Shown piece after piece: positions 48,778 through 63,200 of a stretch of DNA of 64,000 nucleotides (the first letter of the stretch is position 1; every line of letters begins with the position of its first letter). A model generated the notes under the pieces. That model was not told the origin of the DNA and searched no databases. It was given only the letters and a program-made list of their open reading frames with translations. Source of the DNA: Mytilus edulis (Eukaryota); assembly GCF_963676685.1 (NCBI RefSeq), contig NC_092351.1:64604001-64668000 (forward strand), given 5' to 3'. A program made the position numbers and the translations under genes.

Positions 48778-51211
48778 CTATAATACAAAATACATAATAC
48801 AAAATGATATCTAAAACAAAGCATTGGTTAACATATTTACTATTGTCGAATTATGTGTTTGCCTGTTCCTTATTTGGAGCGGTATTACAGTGATTGTCGT
48901 TGGTTGATGTTTTAAATATATTTTGTTTGTTTACTCTCGTTGGTCGTTTATTGCTGATTGCAGTATGTGTTATTTGTTTACTTTTGTTGACGTAAATCAG
49001 GCCGTTGGTTTTTAATAATGGGTTGATATTCCTGTAACCGTTAACTTATATATTTGTCTAATAAGGGATATAATTGTTGTCTTTGAGACAACAATCCAAA
49101 TCTTCAATTTGACATCAACTATCTTGTATTATTTATGATATGGCAACAAACATATATTATCCAAACAAGGACAGATTTTTTCCCGGTTTATGAAACAACA
49201 TTAAATTTATTGAAGTTTATATTCATGATAGTCTTAGTTCTTTTCTTTTTCTCTTGTATTACATGTATAAACATGATTTAGAAACATGATGGATATACCA
49301 AATACAGTGTTTCTTTTTACAAATATAATGGTTTTGCATCGTGCATAATTTCATGCCATATACAGAATTATCTGTTTCTAATGTGATATACGCATCAAGA
49401 CTTACTCCATATACATTTTTACTACTCTGATTTGCATTAAAAAACAATAACAGAGATTTGATACTGTCTTATATAATGTTTACCTGTTTCACAATGGTCA
49501 CCAGTACGTGTTAAAGGACATACACATGTGTAATCAAAGAGACCATCCACACAAGTTCCCCCATTGCGACATGGTAGATCCTTTAATTTGCAGAAATCAA
49601 TATCTGTAATACAGCACAAAAATATCTGAATACGAACTGTCATACGATAATACATATGTACTGCAATGTACAAATAACGTTATCAAAAGCTCAAACTATT
49701 TTTTGAATTTAGTTCACAACCAATAACATTGCTTGGATGTATTGAATAGGACTGTGATAATAAAATGCTTTTTCTTTGAGAAGTACCGGTGTATGATCTC
49801 TTTAAAAGTGGAACACATTATACATTTTATAATATATAACTGGTTAAAATAGGAATTGCAAAATGATCATTAATAGTTTGATTAGTAGGCATTAATTAAA
49901 GAATAAAAACATCAAAAAGATGATAGCATTGCAGATTATTTCGATCGTGTGTTGCGTCTTTATAATATATCAATGTTTAATAGTTAAATCCTGGTATTGA
50001 TAACATTGTTAACCTTTGCTCTTTCGACAGTAAAGAGGGCTAACATATTTTCTTATTTGTTAACAACACAGCAGATTGAATGTCAATCATTAGATATTTA
50101 GAACAGAATGAGTGACAATTCTTAAAATGTACAAAGTCGTGTAATACAAACCAAGTCTGATAGCTTTACCTTGTTTGAGTTCAAACATGTGATGAGTTAG
50201 CAAACTTACAAAACATTAAAACGTTCTAAATTACTCGAAATGTTTGCCATTTTAAACTAAATCCCTACTCTTGGCATACGTTTACCTGATTCGCAGTGAA
50301 ATCCAGTGTGGGAAGCTGGAAAAATGCAACTGTAATTGAAAACGCCATCAGCACATGATCCGTTGTTCTTACACTGCAAAAAGTGTATTATGATATTTCT
50401 CCACTCGAGACAGTTACATTTTATTATTTAAAGCGCGAGGCTTGCAGAGCCCTTTAAAGAATTAAATTCATAACTTTGCCTGTATAATTTTAGATATCGA
50501 TTTCTGTGATGGTGTTAAACAACGGATCATGTGCAGATGGCGTTTTCAATTACAGTTGCATTTGAGAGAGTGGAGAAATATCGTAATACACGAGTTATAG
50601 TGTCGGAATCTGTTTCTCTAATGCTTTTTATCGTTCTTTTTCAAAGATTTTCAGAAATGGTGCTCTTTATATGCGACGTCATCAAGCAAGGCCGCCTTTT
50701 TTCATGACGACACAATAGGAAAATTGAGAAGAAAACAAAAAATTTCGACGTCATAATCAAATTTCGACTAATCATTTGCCGAGAACAGATTTTTCACTAG
50801 TGAGGATAAATATTTTTCTCACACCGGTCAGGAAATGTAAAAATACTACAAAAAATTTCTCAAAACTTAAGAGGAATTCTCTGTTATCATCACATTATTA
50901 CTTCTTCCAATGATGCCTTTCTGTGAGAATATTATTTTCTTTAAATCGATACTGGTCACTTATGCCTCAAATGCTAAATTATTGACGCTATGATTGGATT
51001 AATGCTATTATGTGTTGACCCCTTTGGATCTGTTCTAATCAGTTATGTATGATTTCTGAAGTCATTCATACAAGTTATTGCATATCATTGACGATTTTTC
51101 TAAAAAACAGAAAGATATCGGATCTACGTTAAAGAGTTAAACTGCAAAGGTGCTGGTTTTCAACTTGACAAGTTTGATACTAATTAGAAAATTATGTGAT
51201 TTACCAAATAT

Positions 51212-51243
<32 letters not shown>

Positions 51244-54200
51244 TTTATTCTCATAAAACCATGCAAGTACAAAGGTTACAGAGAAGTTGAAAAATAATAT
51301 ACATAAAAAAAACAAATTATGCATTTAAAATGCATAAAATTCAAAACGATCAACGGGTTGTTTGTGATGTTTTTGAAAACCATTACATGTACCGATCAGA
51401 TTGACGATCCAGTATGTGAAGTAGAAGCAAAGTTACTAATAATAAAAATCTTCTAACTTACACGAAATGTTTGCCACTTTTAACTAAGTCCCTACAATTA
51501 AGCATACGTTTACCTGATTCGCAGTGAGATCCAGTGTGGGAAGCCGGACAAATGCAACTGTAATTGAACATACCATCAACACAAGATCCGTTGTTTTCAC
51601 ATTTAACACCATCACAGAAACCGATATCTATTAGGATATAGGCAAAGAAATGAATAAAAGTTATGAATCGAACAATAGCACTGTATTGCAATGATTATGC
51701 ATAGGGTGAAACGTTCGATTTAAGGGGGTGTCCAACATTCTAATTAACAAAGACTTGGATCGTTAAATTTTCATAAAGTTTTGCAGTATACTCACTTTGG
51801 CCCGTTTACAAAAATATTAAAATTTCTAGAAATTTTAACCGGTCATTATTAAGGAATAATTTGATTGGATATATAGCAGTTTTACTAACACAAATTTTGA
51901 TCTTTGAAGTGCTTGATTTCCCTTATTTAATTTTACATGTTTGTGATAACAATACTAAACCATTTTTTAAGAATTTACTCCCTAAAGTGTGTTGTACCCC
52001 CTTAAGGAAAAGTCTTTAATAAAAATAGTATGTATTATATTAGCTTTTGTATTTGTTTTAATGTTGTATCGTCAATACAGAGAACGATATCATTATCTTC
52101 AATCAATATGAGAGATATATCGGTAGTAGGCCTACTTGTACACGAATCAACATTGATCAGACGAATTACCATGATTACTCAAAGGAATTTTCTGTTATCA
52201 CATTATTACTTCTTCCAATGATGACTTCAGTAAAAATATAATTTGAAAATAATTTATGCTGGCCACTTATACTACAAATGTTAAATTATTGACGTTATGA
52301 TTGGTTTAATGCTATATTGGTGACCCTCTTTGGATCTGTATTAATCAATAAAGTAAAATTTCTGACGTCACGTCTAACATTATTGTTGAAGTAATCCATA
52401 ATGAATTGCATTTGATCGGTTCTACAAAACAGGAAAATAACGGATCAGTATTTAAGAGTTAAATTTATAAACTGCAAGGGTGTTGGTCTTCAACTTGACA
52501 AATTTGATATTGAATAAAAAATGATGTGATTTACAAAAAAGTAAAGACGGTCAGTAAACTCGCTAAAACGGGTTGTTTGTGAATTTTTTGAAAACTGTTG
52601 CCTGTTCAGATTGACGACCCAGTAAGCATGGTAAGTGTAGTTGTAAACTAACTTATAATAAAAAGCTTCCAACTACCGCGACGTGTTTTCCATTTAAAAC
52701 CAAATGCTTACACTCTTGACATTAGTTTACCTGATTCGCAGTGAAATCCGGTGTGGGAAGCTGGACAAATGCAACTGTTATTAAACAAACCACCAACACA
52801 TGTTCCACCATTTTCACATATAACACCATCACATAAATCTATAAAACATAAAACATAGCAATAAATAAATATAAATAACTGAATACATCCATTGTATGTA
52901 CATGGATATGAATATTAATAAATGTTCGCGTTTAGGAACGATCTGTTATACAAGAGATTCTTGGTATGTTTTAAAGAATAGGTAATAATGGGCAAACACA
53001 CAAAAGAATAGAGAAAAGTTTACCAAGAAATTAAAATAAGAGAACAAAATGGTGCTTTAATACATAACATTCAGATATTATTGCGGGAGTTTCATTAAAT
53101 ATTGTGACTGGGTAAGAATATGGTAAATCGCATTCTCATATCTAATACATACATTTGTACTCAGTTGTTCGCGAAATCACGATCATGATTTATCTTGAAT
53201 ATCTTGTTCCTTCACCAGACGTCGCCATAAAAATGCACGCATGAATCAGAATTTAAGTAAAGAGACGGAATGGATCATGCAACCAATTTGATATATTGTA
53301 TGGTCAAGTCACAATCTAATTATGATAATTGAATGTATAAAGGTTCAGAGAATTTAAAATAACATTGGCGTACTCAATTATAATTTTGGTAAATAGGTTG
53401 CTCTTATTCAGACATGCATCGCTCTGGTACATGGTTCTTGTTTAGGAAAGTCATTTATTAAATAAATACAGGTGTACGGGTATCGTAACAACTCCTTTGA
53501 TACATATGTTGACTACATAACCGTTGATTACTGTCAAATAATGATAACTTTATTTTGTCGTGTTGAAGAAAAGAAACATAGTAAACTTAAGACATACATG
53601 ACATAGTACATATACTTACCATCTACTTTTATGGAAACACATGCTTGGTCAGAGGCTTGTCTGAAAATAATGTCCTCTTTTTTTAGAATGTGATGTATTT
53701 TAGGGTATGCATTTGATTATTATTTAAAGGTTATACTCCCTTTACTTATCAATAAATATTGATTAACAATAGTTGATCGGACATAAACAACAAATGTCAC
53801 TAAACACAACTGATATTCACTGGTAGATAAACAGAAATTTGCAGTGGTTATTTTGATTCTAAAATCATCTGAAAAGTCTGAACAATGAATTTTTTATGGA
53901 TGCTCATACTTCCAGTTAAATCAACTCGTGAAGAATATGAAAACCTACTAAACTATAACCTTTTTCTTACCATTCATATGGTTTAATTTATTGTTGATAT
54001 TCGTCAAAAGGTTTTCAATGACATTTATATGTATTATTAATTTGATAGCATTTATTTGTAAATAAGTAAATTTGTTTGAAAATTGTTTTTAGAATACCTT
54101 TTGTAGGATCAAAAACCAATAGTAAAAATAATTGATTAAGCCCTCGCAGCGACCTAATTTTTTGCACTGCTACCGCATAAAGCAAACACAAATCAATCAG

Positions 54201-57200
54201 TTAATCTTTAAGTCTCATTCCCGGTAGTTTTTTCCAGTAACGTCTAACAAGATTGCTTGTTGTTAATTTATTTATCCTCAGTGGCTTTTCGCTACGATAT
54301 TGTTGTGAAACGGTGAAAACACGAATGAAATTTTGAATTAATGCTGTAAATTTTTCAATTATAAACAGATGAATTGTCCAAACATTTATAAATATATAAA
54401 CGTGGATAATCCTGAACTTTAAATAAAAGACTAGAAATTGTAGAACAGTTTATTGTTGAGAGGTTTTAAAAGTGTTCGGAATAAAATGGTCGTTTGATAT
54501 CAATTTGTAGTAAATAGCTCACACAGAAGTGTATATTATGACACTCCAATCCTATTGCATTGTTATTTCGCTGTGTTTCATTCAATGGGTATCAAACATC
54601 AGTTCCTTAATTGACATAACAATCATATTTGAGTTATTTGAAATTATTTTCCATATTTTGTATTTTATTTTGCTTTTATAACTGTTTTGATTCGAGAATC
54701 AATGATATCAACGTGTAGAAAGGACACTGGTCTGGTATGTCAAAATTGGTTGACTGATTGATTGATTGTTGGGGCTTTACGCCGCATTAGCACGAAAAGG
54801 ATACATATGTATATCGCGGCGAGAGTAATACGAATATTTTTTTATAATTCAAAGCATATTTTAAAATAAGACAAAAGGACCTTCAATAAACTGAATCTCT
54901 TGATCAAAGCCAATTGATTATTTACAAATAAAATCAACAGTAAGATCAACATGATAAAAATTTTAAATCGAGCTAAATATAATATTTGTTTTTTATATTT
55001 CATAATAAATTCCAATTTCTTTTAAGAATGCAACAATATTTGTATATGGAACATTATTAAATAAATCATACATATTATTGGCATGTAAATGCTTCCTACG
55101 AATATCAGCAAAATACAATTATTTAAAAGCATGTTTTATAGTATTCTAGCAGTTACAAGTTAAACATTGTGGTTCTACTTCATTCTTTAAAAGATATTCG
55201 TGCGTTTTTCTATTATGACCAATACGACATCTAGAAATAACACACTGATCTTTTCTGCACATAAAACTATTGAAAGGTTTACCTAAATTAGGTTTAATTT
55301 TATGTAATTTATTATCATTTTTTTTACTATATTCATTTTTCAATATGTTAAAAAAAATATTCTCTAATATTAGATTTAAAATCAGTATATGGTATATCAC
55401 AGTTAGATAAAGGATCAAATTTGAATCCAGTTATCTATGGTTAGTTTATTGTCAATGTATGAACTAACCCAATGCTGTTCACAGCAGTATAACAAAATAT
55501 ATGACTTCCGCCTTGAGATGAAGACGGTGTCCACGTTACATTCACATACCACTCCGTTCCTGATGACCCGTAGGGTAAAATTCCAGTTTTAATCATTCCA
55601 ATGGGTGATACTGTTACAATTTCTGTAATGCTGCAAAGGAAACAGCTTTTACGATGAGCTTAATGTTATTCAGGCAAGGTTGACTCTAAACAAATTTTGT
55701 GATTCTCAAGATACTCTTTTACCATATAGCTCTTCAACAACTTCTAATACATGTTTAATATTATCATTTGGTAGGTCTTTTTGATATTATTAGGTATTTA
55801 TTTGTTTTAATTTTTTCCATTCGATTAACGGCGAAGGTCACACTGAGGTTAAGAAATCCAATACTTGTGTATGTACATTTTTATACAATATTCAGTCTAT
55901 TTGAAAACATGTAAATGCCACATTCGTTACAAAATAGTCCATTAATATTAATAATATAGAATTTCTATATACGTTCAATGTATCATTCAACATTTTGAGG
56001 CTATCATGTCAGTTAAAAAAATGACCCTCGTCTTTGCAAGAATGTTACAAGAAAAGAAAAAAGCTTAAATAGTAATGATAAAATCTAAAATAAAAAAGCC
56101 CACTCTGGTCACCAACACAGTATTTTTAACTAATCTTTTATGTTTTCCGTGAAAACATGGCAAAGGTGTCGGAATATTTAGCTTAACATTGTGTAACCAT
56201 TTTGGTAAAATGTCCTGTACCAAGTCAGAAAAATTGCTATTGTTATATTATAGTTTCGTCGTGTGTTACATTTTAATGTTGTTTTCTGTTGTGTCGTAGT
56301 TCTCCTCTTATATTTGATGTTTTCTCTCAGATTTAGTTTGTAACCCGGATTTGTTTTTTTCTCAATCGCTTATTAAATTATGAATTTCGAACATCGGTAT
56401 ACTACTATTGCCTTTATTTAGGTACAACAATAACTGAATGATTCCTATCATATCACTCCATCACAATTGGGAGGATTTATGTGATCAAGCTTGTGAAACC
56501 AATTGTAACATTGTAGATGTACTGTAAACTCAGATAAACTTCTTTTTTTCTAATGTAGTTAAACTTGTTTTTGTTTTGTTATTAAATTTTATGTGAATAC
56601 ATTAGTAAAAGATTTCCAACAACAATTTCATAACTGAATACTGTGGATCCATAATTTTCCAGGGGGATCATTTTCCGTGGTTGAGGAAAACTTGCGTTTT
56701 CGTGGGTTTTTGATTTCGTGGTTTTGCCAATCTTTGCATACAAAACCCAAAACAATGGTTGAACATTTGAAATCGTGTGGTTCACATGTACCCACGAAAC
56801 CACAAAAAATGGAATAAAGAAGGTTTATACAAGATAGATATTAGAATGAGAATATACCGATTTTAAAATTCCTACATCTACAGAGTTATTCAATGTAGCT
56901 CATTTGATGTTTTTATAGATTTTTACATGTTCCTCGCGAATCATGAAACGTTTCATTAATTGAAATATTGGAATGGCGTGAAAGTAAAATATTGCATATT
57001 AATTTTTGGTGGTCATTTACAAACAACACTGATTTACGTGTTATTTGAACGAGTAATTAACCTGTATATTTACCTAACATTAGTCGATCCACTATTAGCC
57101 ACAATAGTCTGAAAGAAGGTTGTGTTTAGTGCTATGGTAGCTACCGAACCATTTACATTAGTAAGATTCAATTGCAAAACTAGGGGTTTATCATCGCATG

Positions 57201-60200
57201 AACCTGTTGTTGAAGATATGTCGACCAAAAACTGTAGCGGAACACTGCTTAGCGGTGTCTCAGTGTCGGAAACAGAATAATCTTCAATCTGTAGTGCAAC
57301 AGCATGCAAACCAGTACTCCCCGAGGCAGTGTAGGATAATATACATGAAGTCTGAAAATAATAAATACATTCGAAATTAGTAAAAATCATGAATAATAAA
57401 AATATTTCCTGTATTTTTTAAATATTATCAAATTGCAACATACAATACAGTGTGTCTCCCATTCATCTCACTCAATAATTTATGAAGTTATTCCTCCACA
57501 TGAGGAACACGTCTCTCATATATATCTGTGTTGACATCAATGAGCATTGATATGGTCATAATCATAAAAAGAAAAATCACAAAAATACTGAACTTAGAGG
57601 AAAATCAATTCGGAAAGTCCATAATCACATGGCAAAATCAAATAACAAAATGCATCAAAAACGAATGGACAAGAACTGTCATATTCCTGACTTGGTACAG
57701 GCATTTTCAAATGTAGAAAATGGTGGATAAAACCTAGATTCTATAGGGCTAACCCAAATTAACTGTCGACGAAACTTTACAACTTGGAATTTCTAAATCC
57801 TTTCTACCGAATAGATTACCTTAGATGTTTTTGACAAAATTTTAGGATTTTTTGCTCCTCAATGTTTTTTTAACAATTCAACTTCGTATTTTATTTGGCT
57901 TTTTTAACCTTTGTTTCATTCGATCTACACTGATGAGTCTTGTGTGAGGAAATACGCGTCTGTCGATATTATTACATTTTAATCCTGATATCTGTTTTAC
58001 AATGTTTTATGAGTTTTTTTTTACTAAATTACCGAGTTACCAATGATATTTTCCAATAATTATTGTTCTGCATATTTTTTGGAGGATATCATACATGTCA
58101 CTGAAGGTGATAAAATGAGACCACGTGAAACGTGTTTTCTTCAGTTAGTTGCGTTTACCATGATTTGCTATACTAAACATTTTATTTTTTTAAATACTTG
58201 TTGCAAAACACACTACCTTGCCTTTTTTTTTTTTTTATATATAAAAACAAACTTACATGTGCTAATAGTTATTGAAGGTGTGACACATTTTGCACACACA
58301 TGTAAATATATAATTGCATTATAGAATTTCATCTATATATAACTAAGAAAATGCCTAACAAATAACATGTATAACTTGCCTCGTTTAAAATTGCTCCTGG
58401 AAATGCTTCACAGACACCATAACATTCATTACTCTGTGAATGATTCATGTTATTCATTATATTAGCCCAGCGACATTTAACAATGTCTCCATCATCGTCT
58501 TGCACTGCAGGAAAGCATTTTTTTTTAAATCTTAATAATGTTTGAAGTTTTAACAAACCTATATGTTTTTTGCAATCAAACTTAAATTCAAAGACCAAAA
58601 AAAAAAATGACCGGTATACCATTTCTATTTAAATGAAAAAGTAAACTGATAAAAATATCGAACACTTTTGAAAACTCCTTGTTTATTTGAGAAAAAAAAA
58701 GAAAAAGATCAAACACATAAAAAAAATCAAACACGACTGTCTTTTTGTAGATTTCGTGCAAGCATATTCTTATGTGGAAAATGCTCTTAAACCTTCTTTT
58801 ATACCTAATAATTTTTTTTACGTGTACTACTTTCGTTTGTCATTTTATTATATGGAAACATGTATGAGCAAACAAATAAATATAATAAGAAAAACATGTC
58901 AAATATTTGGGTACAGCAGTCAACATTGTGTTATAATCTCACTCACTATAAAACAAAATGGCGACAAAGAAAAACAAAAAGGAAAGAGTATGCAATATTA
59001 TTAAACATTCAATTATTGAGGTAAATAAATTTCCAATGAAGGCAACAGTAGTATACCTCTGTTCCTTAGTCGTACACATTCTGTGACAAACAAAACTTAT
59101 GCAATTTGGTTAATATTAATAAAGCTTAAATTTTGATTGAAAACGACTGATTTATTTAAACTTTCGAAAAAAAAACGTAGATTTAATAAGAGTGACTCCT
59201 TATACCTAACAACTGACACATTCGATCTTTATTAACTTACGGAACTATATTGTAAGTATGCGACTTCGACTATTCAATCAGATATATTTGCATGCATGTT
59301 GTTATCATTAAAAATTGAAAAAAATCTGATGAAAACTGTAGATGCCAACCAGTACTCCCCGTGGCAGTGTAGGGGAGAAGTATAGATGCATTTAACTCAA
59401 TTATAATGACTGATTGGTTGACCAACTCAAACAGACAAACAAAGGTAATTTTTTAAATAGTGCATTATTTTTGTATGTTGATATTGAAACAAAAAAAATG
59501 TCAAAAAGAATGCAAAAATATGATACTAGGCAAATTAAAGTTGACGTTTCAATTCTGAATGCATTTACACTACAAGAACAACGGTTAGGGTCATGTGCGA
59601 CGAGACAAAACAGTTTTTATTTCATATTCTAAATGGCACTTTTTATCATTATAATTTGGTGAAAATATGAACTGCAAAATAAAGATTGAAGACATATAAT
59701 GATAATGGTAATTTCATATATATTCATTAACGACTCATGTATAAAAAAAAAAGACATTTAGGTTACCTGGTATTGTAAGTGAATAAGAACACCCATACTT
59801 AAAGCGAACAATTGGTTGCATGGCAGAAATAGGTGAAGTATTTATTTTGCCAGTATCGTTCCTAATAGAAAGATTTGCAGTAACAAGCAATATCCAACTA
59901 CCTCTGCCAACTACAAGGGTACTTATCCAACAGCAGCTGCTATACCTGCAAATATGTATAAATATATACATAAACAAACGAACAATTTCTATTTTTTATT
60001 AATATTTTTGATCGATTTATGTCTCTTATATTGCTGCCTTGCGGAAATGTTCCTTATGTCGTAACTACAATACCGTTTCCATTTTCACAAATGTGACCTT
60101 TCGAGTTATAAAGTTGAGAAAGGAATGTGGAATGTGTTAACTTGACAACAACCCGACCAGAGAGCAGACAACAGCCGAAGGCCACCAATGGGTTTTCGAT

Positions 60201-63200
60201 GTAGCGAGAAACTCCCACTACCGTAGGCGTCCTTCAGCTGACCCCTTGGAAATATATGTATACTAATACAGTGATAATGGACGTCATATTAAACTCCGAA
60301 TTATACACAAGAAACTAAAATTAAATATCATACAAGACTAACAAAGGCCAGAGGCTCCTGACGTGGGGCAGGCGCAAAATTACGTCGGGGTTAAACATGT
60401 TCATGAGATCTCAACCTTTCCTTTATACCTTTAGCCAATGTAGAATAATAAACACATAACAATACGCACACTAACATTCAGTTGAAAAGAAGTCTGAATC
60501 CGATGTCAAAAGATGTAACAAAAGGAAATTAAACAAGATGACAATAAATCATGAATATCAACAGACTACTAACAGTTAACTGACAAGTTAGCTCCAGACC
60601 ACAATTACACTGATTGAAAGATTATCATATGAACTATTAACAAAATTTGTAATGATATAAGAAACACGACGGCTGCCTCAGGTGGTGCAGGATCTGCTTA
60701 CCCTTCCGGAGCACTTGAGATCACCGCGAGTTTTTGGATGGGTTGGTGTTGCTTACTCTTTATTTTATTAAAATGAAAAAAAAGATGTGGTATGATTGTC
60801 AATGAAACAACTGTCGACAAGAGACCAAAATGACACAGACATTAACAACTATAGGTCACCATACGGCCTTCAACAATGGGCCATACCGCATAGTCAGCTA
60901 TAAAAGGCCCCGATAAGACAATGTAAAACAATTCCAACGAGAAAACTAAAGGCCTTATTTATATAACAAAATGAACGAAAAACAAATATGTAACACATAA
61001 CCAAACGACATCCACTGATTTACAGGCTTCTGATTTGGGACAGGCACATACATAAATAATGTGGCGGGGCTAAACAAGTTAGCGTTGTGTCTTTTGTACA
61101 ATAATTTGTCTGTTGTCTTTATATTTTTTGCCATGACGTTGTCAGTTTATTTTCTATCTATGAGTTTGACTTTATCGCTGGTATCTTTCGTCCCTCTCTG
61201 CAATATTTGCATCATTTTCACAGCATAACTTTTTTGTCATGGGAACAATACGACCGGTTGTTTAGCAGGTAAACTCACAAATGCGAGTTGAGAATATATT
61301 ATATAGTTGTTGGAGGTCTTCTTCCGTCTGGAAGTAAACTTTTTTTCTAAATAGGTTACATCTGTTAAACAAGATTGAATATGAAAATGTGTTTTTCTGA
61401 TTTTTCTTGGTCCAATATTATCATGATTATTGAAGTGAACACTATTTGATTTGATATGCATGTATTTTAGTTGATACTTCAACGTGACATTTTTTTTCTA
61501 TACTTTTATATACGTGTTTTGACAGTACTTTAAAAGTTGTTATAAGTATCATTCCACTGTTTTGATTTAAACAGATTGATAAATCAAAACTATGAATTGA
61601 TGGAATCGTATTGAGTAATATCCATATTTAAGGTCTCTAATTTGTGTTGATTGTTTTTGTTTTAAGAACCAGGGTGAAATATACTTACGCCTTCATATCA
61701 GAGGGACATCCCATACAATCATTTTTTTTCAAGAATTAAAAACTAGCAATAAATTATCCCGCAATATACCGTATGCAATGCCTGTCCCAAGTCAGGAGCC
61801 TTTAATTCAGTGCTAGTCATTTGTGGATGTATTCATGCAATGTATGTGTTTTTCTTTCATGTTTTTGTATATTAATAAGGCCGTTAGTTTCTTCTTCTGC
61901 AGTGTTTTACATTTGCCATTTCGGAGCCGTGTAAAGCTGCATATGTTGTATGGGCTTTGCTTATTGTTGAAAGCCGCACGGTAACATATAGTTGCTAATT
62001 TATCTGTCTCTACAAAACAGTTGTCTTATTTGCAATCACACCATATCTTCTTTGCGTATTTGTAAAGAATATACGAAACTTTTTAATTAGATGAATAGAC
62101 AAAAAAAATTATCTTCGCCATTGTAAGTTTTCGTAACGAACGAAATATCATTTGTAATTTAAGTAATGAATTTTAACAAAAGGACTCGATTTGATCAAAG
62201 TTAGTTTTTCTTTGTTTAAATTATATTGTTTAAAATAATGAACCTAATACCTATATAATTTTCAGCAAATAGTTGTATTAGGTGAAACAATGACGACTTA
62301 TATCACCTACAGTGAATTAAATACATGCAGACCTTGAACTGATATAAGTACGAATACACTTGTGTATTATAATAAGAAACGCGTTCATAACGAAACGCAG
62401 ATATTGATATGAAAATAAATACGAAATAATTCAAGACAAGTTTTTTTAGAATGGATGAGTGATATTTTCTTTTAATGTAATTAAACTCTTCTAATCTATC
62501 CTTCAATAATAATGATACAAATTTAAACAGAGAGAGTACATAATTTGTGGTTAAAATAAGTCTATCACGTAGCAGAAGTGATGTATTTATAAATTAAACA
62601 TTGTGTAAACGTGATCGTGAACAAATCAGTCTGTCTTGATTCTTTGCCCGCATGTGTCATTTCAAAGTTTTCGATTTCGTTGGTAATTATGTCTTTAGTA
62701 AGATCATAGTTAACAATAAAGTGTCCCAAGTACACGGATGCCCCATCCGCACTATCATTTTCTAGGTTAAGTGGGCCGTGAAAATGGGGTGAAATCTCAA
62801 ACTTGGGATTAAAATTAGAAAGATCACATTATGGGGAACATGTTTACTAAGTTTAAAGTTCATTGGATTTCAACTTCATCAAAAACTACTATGATTTAAA
62901 ACTATAACGTGAAGTTTGACAGACAGACGAACGAACGCACCGACGAACGAAGGAACGGACGCACATACCAGAAAGCATAATGCCCATACATATAGCATAA
63001 AAAAAGTAAAAAAAAAGGAATTAACAGTGTAATTCCAATTATTAGATAACAATTTACCCGAACTGAAATATATTTCCAAACGTTGGAACAGTATAATATA
63101 TGCTCCGTTGACCAGCTGACCAGTTCTCATCTACGCTATAATCAGTGCAGTAGTAAGACATAGGGTTAACTATAGATCCACTACATCCATGATAGCAAGC

